Source: Neocallimastix sp. 'constans' | Lineage: Eukaryota | DNA: 64,000 nt | NCBI GenBank assembly: GCA_050613775.1 | Contig: JBODTK010000121.1 | Span: 62,001 to 126,000 of the forward strand | Direction of reading: 5' to 3' | Shown here: positions 27,869-40,440 of the stretch, in pieces | How positions within the stretch are numbered: position 1 is the first letter of the stretch | Layout: each line of letters opens with the position of its first letter | Made by a program: the position numbers and the translations under genes | The notes under the pieces: generated by a model | Told to the model about the DNA's origin: nothing | Seen by the model: only the letters and a program-made list of their open reading frames with translations | Database searches by the model: none

Positions 27869-29009
27869 AATATATCAAAGCTAAGTTGAAAAATTTAATA
27901 ATATATATATATATTTATTACTATAAATTTCATATATCTAACTTTTTTTTAAATTTACAGGAAACGATTTTTTTTTGAACCAGAACCATCAATTACAAAA
28001 TTTTGAGAACATAATAATAAATAAATTAACATATATAGATAGTAACATGTATAATAATGAAATAAAAATTAGATTATTTCAGATAAACACTCCTTAAAAT
28101 AATTAATTAAGATGAAAATAATTGATAGTCATCTAATTAAGTTACAAATTTAAGACATAGAGTCAACTAATAAACACTAATTTGAAAATATAAATTGAAT
28201 GATAGTCAAATAGTGGTTGTTAAGTTGAAAATAATAATGATAAATAAAAAATGAATAAATTTAAATTAAGATAATTTCATCTAATATAAAAAGGAAGGAA
28301 ATTATAGTCAACTAAATCAAAGTTGAAAATAATACTTTAATGTTAAAAAAAAATAATAAAATAATAATAATAAAAGGGGTGTATTATAAATATAAATATT
28401 TTATATAAATATAATAATTCGCAATTTAAAACAAACCAATGAAATAACAATTAATATATAAAGTATAACATATTTATAAATTTTAAATGAAATAATCTAA
28501 AAAACAAGAATAACAATAACAACAAACAAAATTAAAAAATAAATATAAAATTTAAATTTAATATATTATTAATATCCAACATCTCATTTGATAATATATA
28601 CTATTTATAGGAACCAATCGAAGTTATGATCAATTAATTTCAATATAAATAATCAATAAATGACAAACTAACTTCCAATCTAAAGTAGAATAATTAATAA
28701 TATAAACGAATTCATTTAAAAATATCAAAATAAGTCATTAACCAAACATTTGATTGAATAAAATAAATTATTCTTTTACAAATGGAAATTTAGCCCAATC
28801 TCTAATCAATGTAATATATTTAATATATAAGGTCCCACCTATAAACAAACAGGTTTCCTTACAAATTTTTCAAATAATAATAACATCCATAATATATATA
28901 TATATATATATATAAAAACAGTGAAGAGCAAATTCATATAGTAAATTGAAAACTATAAACAATTTCAATAAATACAATATAAAATATTAACAAATATTAT
29001 CCGTTAAAG

Positions 29010-32000
29010 ATGACATCTAGAAGAGGAAGACCACAATTAATCAATGTCGAAGACTCAAATATCCCATGCAAGATTAACTTCAATTATTCAGAAAATTTTA
29101 ATAGAATAATTGAATTAAACACTGAAAATTACGTAGGATGACGTAATAATATGTTATTCCTTCTAACTATAAATGATTTAGTAAGTTATGCAACTCAAGA
29201 AAAAGTAAAGAAACTGCGTAAAAGAGACATAAAAGAAAACCTTTCCAATTATATTGTAGATCAATTTGATGACTCACTAGTCTATGACAAGGGAACTAAC
29301 GATAACGATATAAACAATAACATTACGGCCAAATGGATGATTTTAAACAGTCTTGGAGAGAAGACTCAAGAAATTGTACAAGGGTATGGTAAAACAGCCC
29401 ATCAAGTATGGAAAATTCTTAAAGCCTCTTTTACTAAAAGTGAGAAAACAAGAAAAATTGAACTAAAAAATAAATTAGAAGAGATCAAATTTGACGAAGA
29501 TAAAGATATAAATATTTTTATGGCCGAACTTCAGAATACAATTGATGAACTTGAGAAGATAGATACCGAACTCACCAGTAGTACAAAAGTTGGTATTTTG
29601 AACAGGGCACTTCCCGAAAACCTTCGCTGGATAAACGTTTTCCAATATAAAGACAATTGGCTTAAGTGTTCTTCTTATGTAAGAGATACAATTCCAGAAA
29701 TATTATCATCAAACCAAATGGAATCTTTTAACATGAAAATAAATGAAACCAAAAATATTTTTTATTCACAAAACAAAAATCCAAAAGACCCATATAATAA
29801 AAGAAACGCAGAAACATTAAATACAAATGATGAAAAGAAAAATAAAAAAAGAAGAAATGGTAGATGCAATTATTGTAAGAAAATGGGTCACTATTTTTTT
29901 GAATGTAATAAAAGAAAACAAAACAAATTAAAACTAAAGAATTTTAAGAAAAACAATTATAAAAAATATTATTATAGAAACAATAAAAGAAATTATCAAA
30001 AAAATAAGAGATATGCGAATTTCATTCAAAAAGATAATTATAACACTTCTTATGCGGAATCTTTTAGTAAAGATTATAATACAGAAGATACATTAGACAT
30101 CAATCTTATTGAAGAAGACGACCAAACCAATAACATCATTACTCCTAAAAAGGAATTAATCTGTTGGATACTTGATTCAGGAGCTTCTATAAACATTACT
30201 AACTGTTTAGATAAACTAACCAACATTAGGAAATGTCATGAAAAAATATACTTTGCAAATAATAAAATTTTAATTGCAAAATATATTGGTACATTTATTG
30301 GGTATATTAATAATTATAAATTTATAATTGAAGAAGTATATTACTCATCTGAAATAAATAAAAATTTATTATCTATTGGACAACTCACCAAACAAAACTA
30401 TAAAATAATCTTTAATTATAGTAATAATCAATCATGCGCAACTATTTATGATAAGTACAACAACAAAATTCAAAATGTACTCTCAAACAGATCAAATACA
30501 TTTAAAATATGGATCTCTACTCAATCACTTAATCTTAATAACAAATACGAATTAAAAAATAACGAAGAAATTAATTATGCAAGTATGAAAGCAAAAGACA
30601 AAATCAATCTATGGCATAGGCGCTTTGCTCACTTTGACATTAAATCAATAAGACATAAACTATTAAAAACAGATATTAATTTAAAATGTCCATTATGTAT
30701 ACATTCAAAACTTAGAAACAAACCATTTCACCCATCACCAACAACAAATTCAAATCATATTTTTGAATTAATACATATGGATTTAGTCGGACCTATCACA
30801 GAATCCATTTATGGTAACAAATATTTTCTTTCAATTCTTGATGATTATTCTAGATTCGGATGGGTCCTGTTCCTCAAAAATAAATCAGAAACATTCTCAG
30901 CATTCTCAATTTGGTTCACTAAGATGAAAAATCAATACAACACAAGAATAAAATTTTTACGCACAGACAACGGTACAGAATTTACTAATTCAATATTCAA
31001 AGAATTTTGCACCAATTACGGCATTAACCATCAATTCATTATTCCGTACAATCCTCAACAAAATGGTAAAATAGAACGACTAAATCAAACACTCATTTAT
31101 TCAGCAAAAGCAACGTTACACGATTCAATGTTAAATCACCAATTTTGGGAAGATGCAATAAATACCTCCAACTATATTCATAATCGTCTACCCCATAGAG
31201 GCATTAAAAATAGAATTCCATTTGAAATTCTAAATAAGACCAAAGTTAATTACTCAAATATTAGAGTCTTCGGCTGTAAAGTCTTCTTCTTCATACCTAA
31301 AGCATTTAGGTCAAAATTTGACAATAATGCTGCTCCTGGAAAAATTTATAGGATATTCTGAAAATCCCAGCGGATACAAAATTTTTGATGTAACGAATAA
31401 CAAAATCATTTTATCAAGAAATGTTGAATTTTTCGAATCAAATCCTGGTAATTCTTATCCTACTTTATGCCATCCAGATATTTCCAATTTTATTCCACAT
31501 AATGAAATTTGGGGAAGCAATAGTTATTACAATAATAACACTTATACAAGTTTAATTAATAATGATTTTGGAAATACAAACTCCAATAATTTAATAAAAA
31601 TAATCAACGATAACAAAGGAAACCAAAGCAAACTAAACAAAAATCAAATTAATGGCTCAAATAATTCTATTATGAACAACACAAATATAATTAATGACAA
31701 TAATAACGATAAAGACAATAATATAACTTACAATAAAAACACTAATGACAATAATAATAAAAACATTAATTCGACAGAAATAATCCAAAGTGTAAATAAT
31801 ACTTCCAGTATAAACCAGAATACTTATAATGACGTAAATATCACATCACCTAAAAATTATAATCATAAAAGAATATTTATAAATAATGTCTCAGAAAATG
31901 AAAAATACAAAAAACAAAAATTAAGTAATGACTTACGAGAACCCTTCAATTATGACGATATTTATAACCTTAAAGATAAAGAAGAATGGTTAATATCTAT

Positions 32001-33472
32001 CAACGAAGAATTAGAAAACATGAAAATGTTGAAAGTATTTAAACCCATTGAAAAAGTTCCCGAAGGTGCAAATATAATCACGTCCAGATGGGTATTCAAA
32101 TATAAAAAGAATTCTAAAGGAGAAATTACTAAGAGGAAATCAAGACTGGTAGCAAGAGGCTATACGCAACAAGAAGGAATTGATTATCATGAAACATTTT
32201 CGCCTACATTAAAATTAGACTCCATTAGAATCTTCACAGCTCTTGCCGTACAAAATAATTTTGACATACAACAAATAGATATTAATGCGGCTTATTTAAA
32301 TGCTAAATTAAAGGAAGAAGTTCATATGAGACCCCCAAAAGGACATCCCGACTATAGAAAACGTTACTGGAAACTAAATAAAGCCATTTATGGCTTAAAA
32401 CAAAGTGGAAAAGAGTGGAATGAAGAGCTCAACAAATACCTTCTTATCATTGGATTTAAAAGATTAATAAGCGAACCTTGTTTATATTTTAAAGTTGATA
32501 AAAAGAAAAAATTATCATGTATACTTGCTATTTATGTTGATGATATTTTACTTGCAGGTAATAGAATAATTGTAGATCGAACTAAAGAATTAATTAAAAA
32601 TAAATTTAAAATAAAAGATATAGGTAATGTAAATTTCATTATAGGAATAAAATTTATAAAACACAAAGCAGGATACTTTATTAACCAAACAAGATACATA
32701 AAAGAAATAATAGAAAAATTTGAAATGAATAATGCTACTCCTACAAAAAATCTGATCCCTAGTGAAAACGAAGAACTCAGGAAAATAAAAGTAGACCAAA
32801 CGAAATACAGGAGTGCTATAGGAAATCTGCTTTACCTCAGTATATGTACCCGTCCTGATATAATCTACCCGATCTCAAAAGCTGCCCAAAAGTCAAAAGA
32901 TCCCAATTTAGAAGATTGGCAAAATGTTCTGAAAATAATAAAATACCTAAAAGGTACAATAAAATATGGCATAAATTTTTCAAGAAATCCAAACATAAGT
33001 GTATTTACTGATGCAGATTACGCAGGTGATATAGAAACTAGAAGATCCACTACCGGGTTTGTTATATTAATTGGAAATTCCCCAACTAGTTGGTGCTCTA
33101 AACTCCAACGTTGTATTTCAACTTCAATAGCTGAATCGGAATATTACAGCCTAAGCGAATGTTGTAAACATTGTATGTGGTATATGAATCTCCTTAATGA
33201 ATTGAAATACAAAATAAAAAATATAGAAATCAATATCTACAATAAAGCTGCTATTTATAATGCCAAAAACCAATCAATCAACCCCAAGACAAAGCATATG
33301 GATAATTAGAGTACACTACATAAGAGAATTAATTAAAGATGAAAAAATAAAATTAAAATATGTTAAGTCACAATACAATCTTGCAGATGGATTTACAAAA
33401 TATTTAAACAATAATGCAATGGATAAATTTAGAAACTCTCTTTTAATTAAAATAGACAACTTAAATTATTAA
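29010..33472 (+). pseudogene. Copia gag-pol polyprotein with one nonsense codon and two frameshifts
   Basis: ATG 29010; in-frame TGA 29139-29141 at the conserved NYxxW position. CNYCKKMGHYFFEC zinc knuckle; WILDSGAS protease; LWHRRFAH..CPLC, HMDLVGP, RTDNGTEF, PQQNGKIER integrase; YVDD RT; FTDADYAG RNase H. Single extra A near 31340 and near 33304. Confidence 0.9.
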
Positions 33473-33564
33473 TTGTTTATATACTCTAGAAATTCAATGC
33501 ATTCAATTATAACTTTATAAAAAAAAAAAAAATTTAAATTTATAAAGTTATACTTGAGGGGGAA

Positions 33565-33796
33565 TGTTGGAAATAAAAACAACATTCATTTTTATTATTA
33601 ATTTAAATATATCCAATTATTTGTTATGAATAAATTAATGTATTGTTTCATGAATGATATAAATTATTCTATGATTCTTAAAAATAAAATTTCTCTTCTT
33701 AATCTTTTTATTAATAATTATAAATTCAAAATAAAACTAATAAAAGATTACATAAATTAAAACTTTTATATTTGGTGTTTAAAATTGTTCTTAAAA
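33565..33796 (+). repeat. 3' LTR (232 bp)
   Basis: Follows the PPT at 33556-33564; direct copy of 27607-27838. Confidence 0.9.
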
Positions 33797-33974
33797 AAAA
33801 AAAAAATTAATTTTAAATTTATTTATTTATTATAGTTTTATTTATTCATTTAGTTATTTATTTAAATTATATATATTATTTATTCGTTTTATTATTAATT
33901 TATTTATTTATTAACTTTGAAAAAAAATTTGCGAAATGAAACTTTTTATGTAAATTTTTCGAAATGCACCTCCC

Positions 33975-34010
<36 letters not shown>

Positions 34011-34030
34011 ATGAACTGACTTAACATTTA

Positions 34031-34517
34031 TTATATTTAAGATATTTAAGTATAGCTTAATATAACAATTTGAAATAATAAATTACTAAAATAAAATTTT
34101 TATAATATAATATATTATCTAAATTATGTTATATTATATTATAAATATATATTTATGTTGATAATAAATTATAAAAATTTAAATTTAACTTTTATAAACA
34201 ATTTAAATAAAAACAACCCATCTCCAGAATGGTACATGGAGATCATTGGGAAGATACCAGGTCTTAATCTTGTTATATTTAAGATATTTAAGTATAGCTT
34301 AATATAACAATTTGAAATAATAAATTACTAAAATAAAATTTTTATAATATAATATATTATCTAAATTATGTTATATTATATTATAAATATATATTTATGT
34401 TGATAATAAATTATAAAAATTTAAATTTAACTTTTATAAACAATTTAAATAAAAACAACCCATCTCCAGAATGGTACATGGAGATCATTGGGAAGATACC
34501 AGGTCTTAATCTTGTTA
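34031..34517. repeat. Tandem duplication, 242-bp unit x2
   Basis: 34031-34275 is repeated at 34273-34517 with no difference noticed. Confidence 0.92.
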
Positions 34518-34634
34518 AGTCAGTCTTGCCTTGAGAGAGAGTGTGAGTCGATATTGAAATTTTTAAGCACTGAAAGTAAATAATTACTAACTAATTTAGA
34601 AGTCCTATTGCCCTCTTTTCTCATGGTTTCAATG

Positions 34635-34687
<53 letters not shown>

Positions 34688-35260
34688 CAATAAATAAATA
34701 AAAATAATTTAATTTGTATCATATCATTCATTTACATAAATCTATAAAAAAAATATAAATTAATGATTAAAAATAATATCAATCAGTTTTATCACTTGAT
34801 ATTATTTGTGATAAGAATTTATTTTGTAATGTGATTAAGCTTGATGCTTTTCTTTTACTTTTCAAAATTTTGGTTTATTAAATATATCTTACTAATAATA
34901 TTAAAATAAATGTTTACATTTATTTTTTTATTTTTACAAATAAGTTAAGAGATATAATTATTTTTGTTTTTTATTTTTATAAATAAGTTAAGAGATATAA
35001 TTATTTTTGTTTTCTATTTAATAATATCAAAAACGGATTCAATAACAATCATTTTAGTTAACATTTGCAAATGATAATAATTATTATTATTATATATATA
35101 AATAATATTAATAATATAAATAATTAATATTATATAGAATTAAATATTATTAATATAATAGAATTTCATATATAAAAAAATTTTTTTTTTTATATATGAA
35201 AATAGCTTATTCACTTTATAATAAAGTTGAATAAGCTATTAAATGCTTTCATTAATAAAT

Positions 35261-35300
<40 letters not shown>

Positions 35301-35949
35301 GAATTAGTAATAGCTAATAATCTTTTAAATATACATACAAAAAAAAAATTACTTTTTCAAAATTTATTATTTTTTCAATTTTTTGTTTTAATTATTTTAT
35401 TATTATTCTGAAAATAGTCTTTAATTATTATATTTAATGAATTTTTCATTAATAAATAACTTTTTTTTTTTTAATTTATTTATTATAATTTATATAGTTT
35501 TTCATTTTATTACTTTCATCTCTAATTTATTATTTTTTTATTAATAATATATTTTAATAAATTTCTATATTATTCATTTCATAGCCTTTACTATTATTAT
35601 AAATTTTTTTCTATTATTATTACTATTTATTAGTATTTAGCAGCAATATAAAAATTATTAGAATATATTTTAGAATATATTTTATTTTATAACTTTGGTC
35701 AATAAATCATTAACACAGAAAGAAAAAATACTTTAAATAAAAAATAAAATTTACATCTTTTCTCGTTGATGATATAAAGCATGAAGCATAAATGATCGAA
35801 AATGATGTAAAAATATTATTAAAGATGTATTATATAATATTATTTTATGACATTATATCACTTTTTTTTTTAATACTAATATTTTATATCTTTAAATTGA
35901 AAAAAAGAAAATGAACTAAAAATCATAAATAATATATTCTAAATCATTT

Positions 35950-36212
35950 AATATTAAATATAAAATCTAAAAATTATAAATAATATTATAATATTAAATA
36001 TAAAATCTAAAAATTATAAATAATATTTTAATATTAAATATAAAATCTAAAAATTATAAATAATATTATAATATTAAATATAAAATCTAAAAATTATAAA
36101 TAATATTATAATATTAAATATAAAATCATAAATAACATTATATTTATTATTTATGTTTTTTATATTTTATATTTAATATTTATGTTTTTTAGATTTTATA
36201 TTTAATATTATA
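35950..36212. repeat. 40-bp tandem repeat x4+ followed by inverted degenerate copies
   Basis: ATATTAAATATAAAATC at 35951, 35991, 36031, 36071 and 36111. The reverse-complement form TTTTATATTTAATAT occurs at ~36165 and ~36194. Confidence 0.85.
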
Positions 36213-38091
36213 AGATATATGATATAAAATATATTTTAAATTATTAAATGATTAAATATAAGATATAAATTATAAAAAATATATAAAATAAAGTTTTTAT
36301 TATAAAAAATATATAAATATAAATTTAAAATGGCAAAAAATAATTAAATTAAAATTAATATAAAAGTAATAAAAAAAAAATGGCAAAAAAAAAATGGCAA
36401 AAAAAAAAAATTTTAAATAATAATAAAAATAAATTATGTATTTTATATTGTTTAAAATAATTATTATTAAGTAATAATAATAAATAATAATAATATTAAT
36501 AAATAATTGAATAATAATAATAATAAATAATAAATAATAATAATAATAATTATTTTTATTATTATCCTGAATTTAAATAAAATTAATAAATAATCTTTTT
36601 TTTTTTTTGAAGAACTCCACAATGTTTTAATATATATTTATCATTATTTTAAACTTTATAATATTAATAACAATAAGAATTTCAATGCATGATACTCTAA
36701 TTATTAATAATTAATAATAAGTAATTCAAATGAAGTTATTTATCAATAAATAATTGAAATGAATTGTAATATACATTTTCTTAACGCTATTGTTCAGTAC
36801 AATTAAATAAAAATATATAAAAAATTAGTATTAAATGAAAAAAATAAAAAGTTCAAATACAAAAAATAAAAAAATAAATACATAATAATTAATAATAAAA
36901 AGAAATAAAATGAAATAAAAAAAAAAAACTATAATATTCTAAATAAATAAAATAAATAAAATATTAACACAATATTATTCATTTATATAATTATAAGTTA
37001 TAGATCTTTTTTTTTTTAATAAAAAAAAACTCTAAAGAATATACTAAAATATTATAATAGTTAAATTAAAAAGCCCCACTGAATAAAAATCCTTAAAAAA
37101 AGTGAATAATTAATATTAGATTAAATAATTATAATTTTTCATATAATTCATATGAAACTATTTAAAAAATACTAATAAAGATAGACTTTGAAAATTTCCT
37201 TTCAATTATCACAACTTTAACTTTAAAAAAAAAAAATTAAATAGAGCTAAACAATTTATGTATTTTCATTATCGTCCTTTAATGTTCTAATAATTTGCAA
37301 TATTTTAAAAAAAATAAAATAAATGCTAAAAAGTTAAAAGTAAAAAAAAAAAAAAATTGTTTGAATACATATATTATATATTTAGTTAATATGACTTTTA
37401 TATATAAAATATATAAATATGTAAAATATATAAAATTTATATGAAATATTCAATTTGAATAATTATAAAAAAAAAAATTTTTTTTTGTGCCACATAAATA
37501 AATTAAAATTATCTAAACAAAATACTATTCATTTATATTAATTAGAGATTAAAGAATCAAAATATATACAAATAAATTTTGCAGTTATGTACATATAAAT
37601 ATTAATATATAAATGAATATATATGAATAAATCAATAATTATACTTTTTTTTTTTTTTTTTTTTACAAAAGTTAATTAATTTTTTTTTTTTTTTTTTTTT
37701 TACAAAAGTTAATTAATTTTTATATTAAATGTTATTATTATTATTTAAAGTTTTTTATATTAAATTTATATTAAATAATATAAATTACACCTTTTTTTTA
37801 TATTTATTTTTTTTGTATATATATTTGTACATATATTTATTTATTAACAAATTTATTTATTTATTTATCATTAATTTTATTAAATAAAAGAATTTCAATA
37901 TATTTTTTTTTATTACTGTTAAACTTGTTATAAACATTCTTTTTTTTTTTTTTTTATTCATTATATTCATTATTCATATATTTATTAATGTATCTATTTT
38001 TCTTTCAAATTGTAATACCTAACTTTTTTTTTTTTTTTTTTAATTTGATTTGATTTGCTAAAATAATAACAAAATAATAACAAATAATTAC

Positions 38092-38122
<31 letters not shown>

Positions 38123-38546
38123 AAATTATTAAAACAAAAAAATTTTAAATTTAAATTAAATTCATATATAAATATAATACAAGATTAATATACAAATAAA
38201 AGTGTTAATAAACATATGAAAAATAAACATATATAAACCTAAAATTTTCCTCCAAAAATAAAAAATGTGACAGACTTTTTTTTTTTTAAAAAAAAAAAAA
38301 TAAAATTATAAATTTATAAATAAATATAAGTTTATATTTTAAATATTTAAATTAGATATCAAAAACAAAATTAATATATATATATATAAATATATATAAT
38401 AGAAAGTTATAAAATTATTATATTTAATTTTATATAACATTAATTTTTTATATATTAGATACTAATATATATAAAAAAAAAAAAATAAACATATATATAT
38501 AAATAATAAAAACAAAAATCAAATAGAATATTAATTATTTAACATC

Positions 38547-40376
38547 ATGAAATTATACAATACATTTGTGTTATTACTTGCTGCCTCTTCTGGTTATGCT
38601 CGTATTATTAAAAAGTGTATGAAGAAGGATCCAAATTTCTCTTACACTAAATCTGGTGATATTGTCATAAGTGAACCTATCGACAGAAATAATGTTACTA
38701 TTACTATTGCTGCTACTAGTGATATGCATGGTCGTATCTATCCATGGGAATACGCTATTGATGAAGCTGATAATGACGCCGGTTTTGCTCTTACTGATAC
38801 CGTTGTTAGTAAGATTAAGGAAGATTACCCAAATACTCTTCTTATGGATGTTGGTGATTTATTACAAGGTAACAGTGCTGAACTTTTCATTAAATATTAC
38901 ACCCATCCAACCGTTCAGGCCTTAAATTTATTAAAGTACGATGTCTGGATCCCAGGTAACCATGAATTTAATTATGGCCTTTCTTTCCTCCAAAGAAATT
39001 TAAAACATTTTAATGGTCGTGTTGTCTGTTCCAACATTAAATACGCTGATTCTCTTAAATATTATTTACTTCCATACCAAATATATAGTATTAGTGGTGT
39101 TCGTGTGGCTATTGTTGGTGCTACTGCTCCACACATTAAACAATGGGAAGCTAGTAATCCAGATCACTTCAAGAATCTCGAATTCCTTGATCCAATCGAA
39201 TCCCTTAAAACTACTATTAAGGCTATAAAAGGTAAATACGATATTTTAGTTGGTGCTGTTCACATTAGTAGGAATGGTGAATACGAAGCTGAAGGAAAGA
39301 CTGGAGCTTTCCAAATTGCTGAAGCTATTCCAGAATTTGATGTTATTATTGCTGGTCATGAACATGCGACCTACTGTGATAAGATTAATGATACTTGGGT
39401 TCTTGAACCAGGACATTATGGTTCCCATGTTGCCTTCACAAAGTTCGATTTAGTGAAAGAAAATGATCACTGGAAGATTGTTAACATTGAAGCTGAAAAT
39501 ATTGGTACAAATGGTGTCACCCCATCACAAAGAGTTATGGAAAAATTTAAGTGGGTTCATGAACAATCTCTTGCTGATGCTAACGAAATTGTTGGAAAAG
39601 TCGATGCCGATTTCATTGAAGGTGTTGACTATATTACTAGTAAAAGTAAGGTAACAACTATGCCACGTGCTCAAATTGAAGATACTGCTTTAATGGATCT
39701 TATCAATGAAGTTCAAACCTATTACGCTAAGTCCGAAATTTCTACTGCTGCTCTCTTCAATAATAACCAAAACCTTAAAGCTGGTGACTTCAAACGTAAA
39801 GATGTTGCTTTCATCTACAAGTACGATAATACTCTTATGGGTATAAATATTAAGGGTGAAAACCTTCTCAAGTATATGGAATGGACCGTCGGTTACTACC
39901 AAACCGTTAAGGAAGGAGATGTCACTATTGCTTTCAACCCTGACTTCCGTTCCTACAACTATGATATGCTTTCCGGTATTCAATATGAAATCGATTTAAG
40001 TGAACCAGAAGGTAGACGTATTAAGAATGTTACTTTCAATGGTAAAAAGATTGATCCAAATGCTACTTATAAATTAGCTCTTAATAATTACCGTTTCGGT
40101 ACTCTTACCAGTAATGGTTGGGCTACTGAAGCCGATGTCTACTACAGTAGTGTCAATGATCCTAAGCCAACCATTCGTGACTTTATTGCTAAATATACAC
40201 AAGAAGTTCTTGGTGGTACTATTTCTCCAAAATGTGATCATAACTGGAAGATTGTTGGTCTCCCAAAATCATTTAATGACCCAGCAACTATTGCTAAAAT
40301 TAAGAGTGGTGAAATTAAAATTCCACGCTCCAGTGATGGTCGTACACCAAATGTTGAACCAGTTCGTAAAATTTAA
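38547..40376 (+). CDS. Secreted bifunctional 2',3'-cyclic-nucleotide 2'-phosphodiesterase / 5'(3')-nucleotidase (CpdB/UshA family), intronless
   Basis: Signal peptide. Calcineurin-like metallophosphoesterase motifs TSDMHG, DVGDLLQG, GNHEFNYG and IAGHEH. C-terminal 5'-nucleotidase domain with IYKYDNTL, YNYDMLSGIQYEIDL and ALNNYR. Confidence 0.9.
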   Translation: MKLYNTFVLLLAASSGYARIIKKCMKKDPNFSYTKSGDIVISEPIDRNNVTITIAATSDMHGRIYPWEYAIDEADNDAGFALTDTVVSKIKEDYPNTLLMDVGDLLQGNSAELFIKYYTHPTVQALNLLKYDVWIPGNHEFNYGLSFLQRNLKHFNGRVVCSNIKYADSLKYYLLPYQIYSISGVRVAIVGATAPHIKQWEASNPDHFKNLEFLDPIESLKTTIKAIKGKYDILVGAVHISRNGEYEAEGKTGAFQIAEAIPEFDVIIAGHEHATYCDKINDTWVLEPGHYGSHVAFTKFDLVKENDHWKIVNIEAENIGTNGVTPSQRVMEKFKWVHEQSLADANEIVGKVDADFIEGVDYITSKSKVTTMPRAQIEDTALMDLINEVQTYYAKSEISTAALFNNNQNLKAGDFKRKDVAFIYKYDNTLMGINIKGENLLKYMEWTVGYYQTVKEGDVTIAFNPDFRSYNYDMLSGIQYEIDLSEPEGRRIKNVTFNGKKIDPNATYKLALNNYRFGTLTSNGWATEADVYYSSVNDPKPTIRDFIAKYTQEVLGGTISPKCDHNWKIVGLPKSFNDPATIAKIKSGEIKIPRSSDGRTPNVEPVRKI

Positions 40377-40406
40377 ATTATTTCAAAATAATAATAAATA
40401 AATTAA

Positions 40407-40440
<34 letters not shown>

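Larger units (their letters stand above)
27607..33796 (+). mobile_element. Ty1/Copia LTR retrotransposon, full length, young but coding-defective
   Basis: Direct LTRs at 27607-27838 and 33565-33796. Polypurine tract GAGGGGGAA precedes the 3' LTR. Domain order gag-PR-IN-RT-RNaseH. A-run flanks are compatible with a 5-bp TSD (AAAAA). Confidence 0.95.
26813..33975 (-). mobile_element. Non-autonomous foldback/MULE-like TIR element, copy 2 (inverted relative to copy 1), interrupted by the Copia element
   Basis: Begins GAGTGTGTGTCATTTCGC (reverse complement of the copy-1 right end) and ends CGAAATGCACCTCCCC (matches the copy-1 left end with one mismatch). Interior 27105-27600 and 33797-33975 is the reverse complement of 25400-25990. 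Flanked on both sides by AAAATA. Confidence 0.78.

Noticed and set aside
27607..28581. Alternative 975-bp 5' LTR ending at TCCAACA (inverse of TGTTGGA)
   Set aside because: Identity with the 3' copy stops at 27838, exactly where the tRNA-complementary motif begins, and no PBS follows 28581. Not fully excluded if the 3' LTR were truncated.
29139..29141. Programmed stop-codon readthrough or frameshifting in the Copia ORF
   Set aside because: The TGA is at codon 44 of gag, at a conserved Trp, and the frameshifts fall inside integrase and RNase H rather than at the gag/pol junction. They look like lesions.
34009..34030. Box C/D snoRNA-like TGATGA..CTGA
   Set aside because: The boxes are adjacent, with no room for a guide sequence and no terminal stem.
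38671..40401. Short alternative-frame and antisense ORFs within the nucleotidase (also within the metacaspase, GPCR, pol and ABCA)
   Set aside because: Shadow ORFs caused by codon bias of the real genes.
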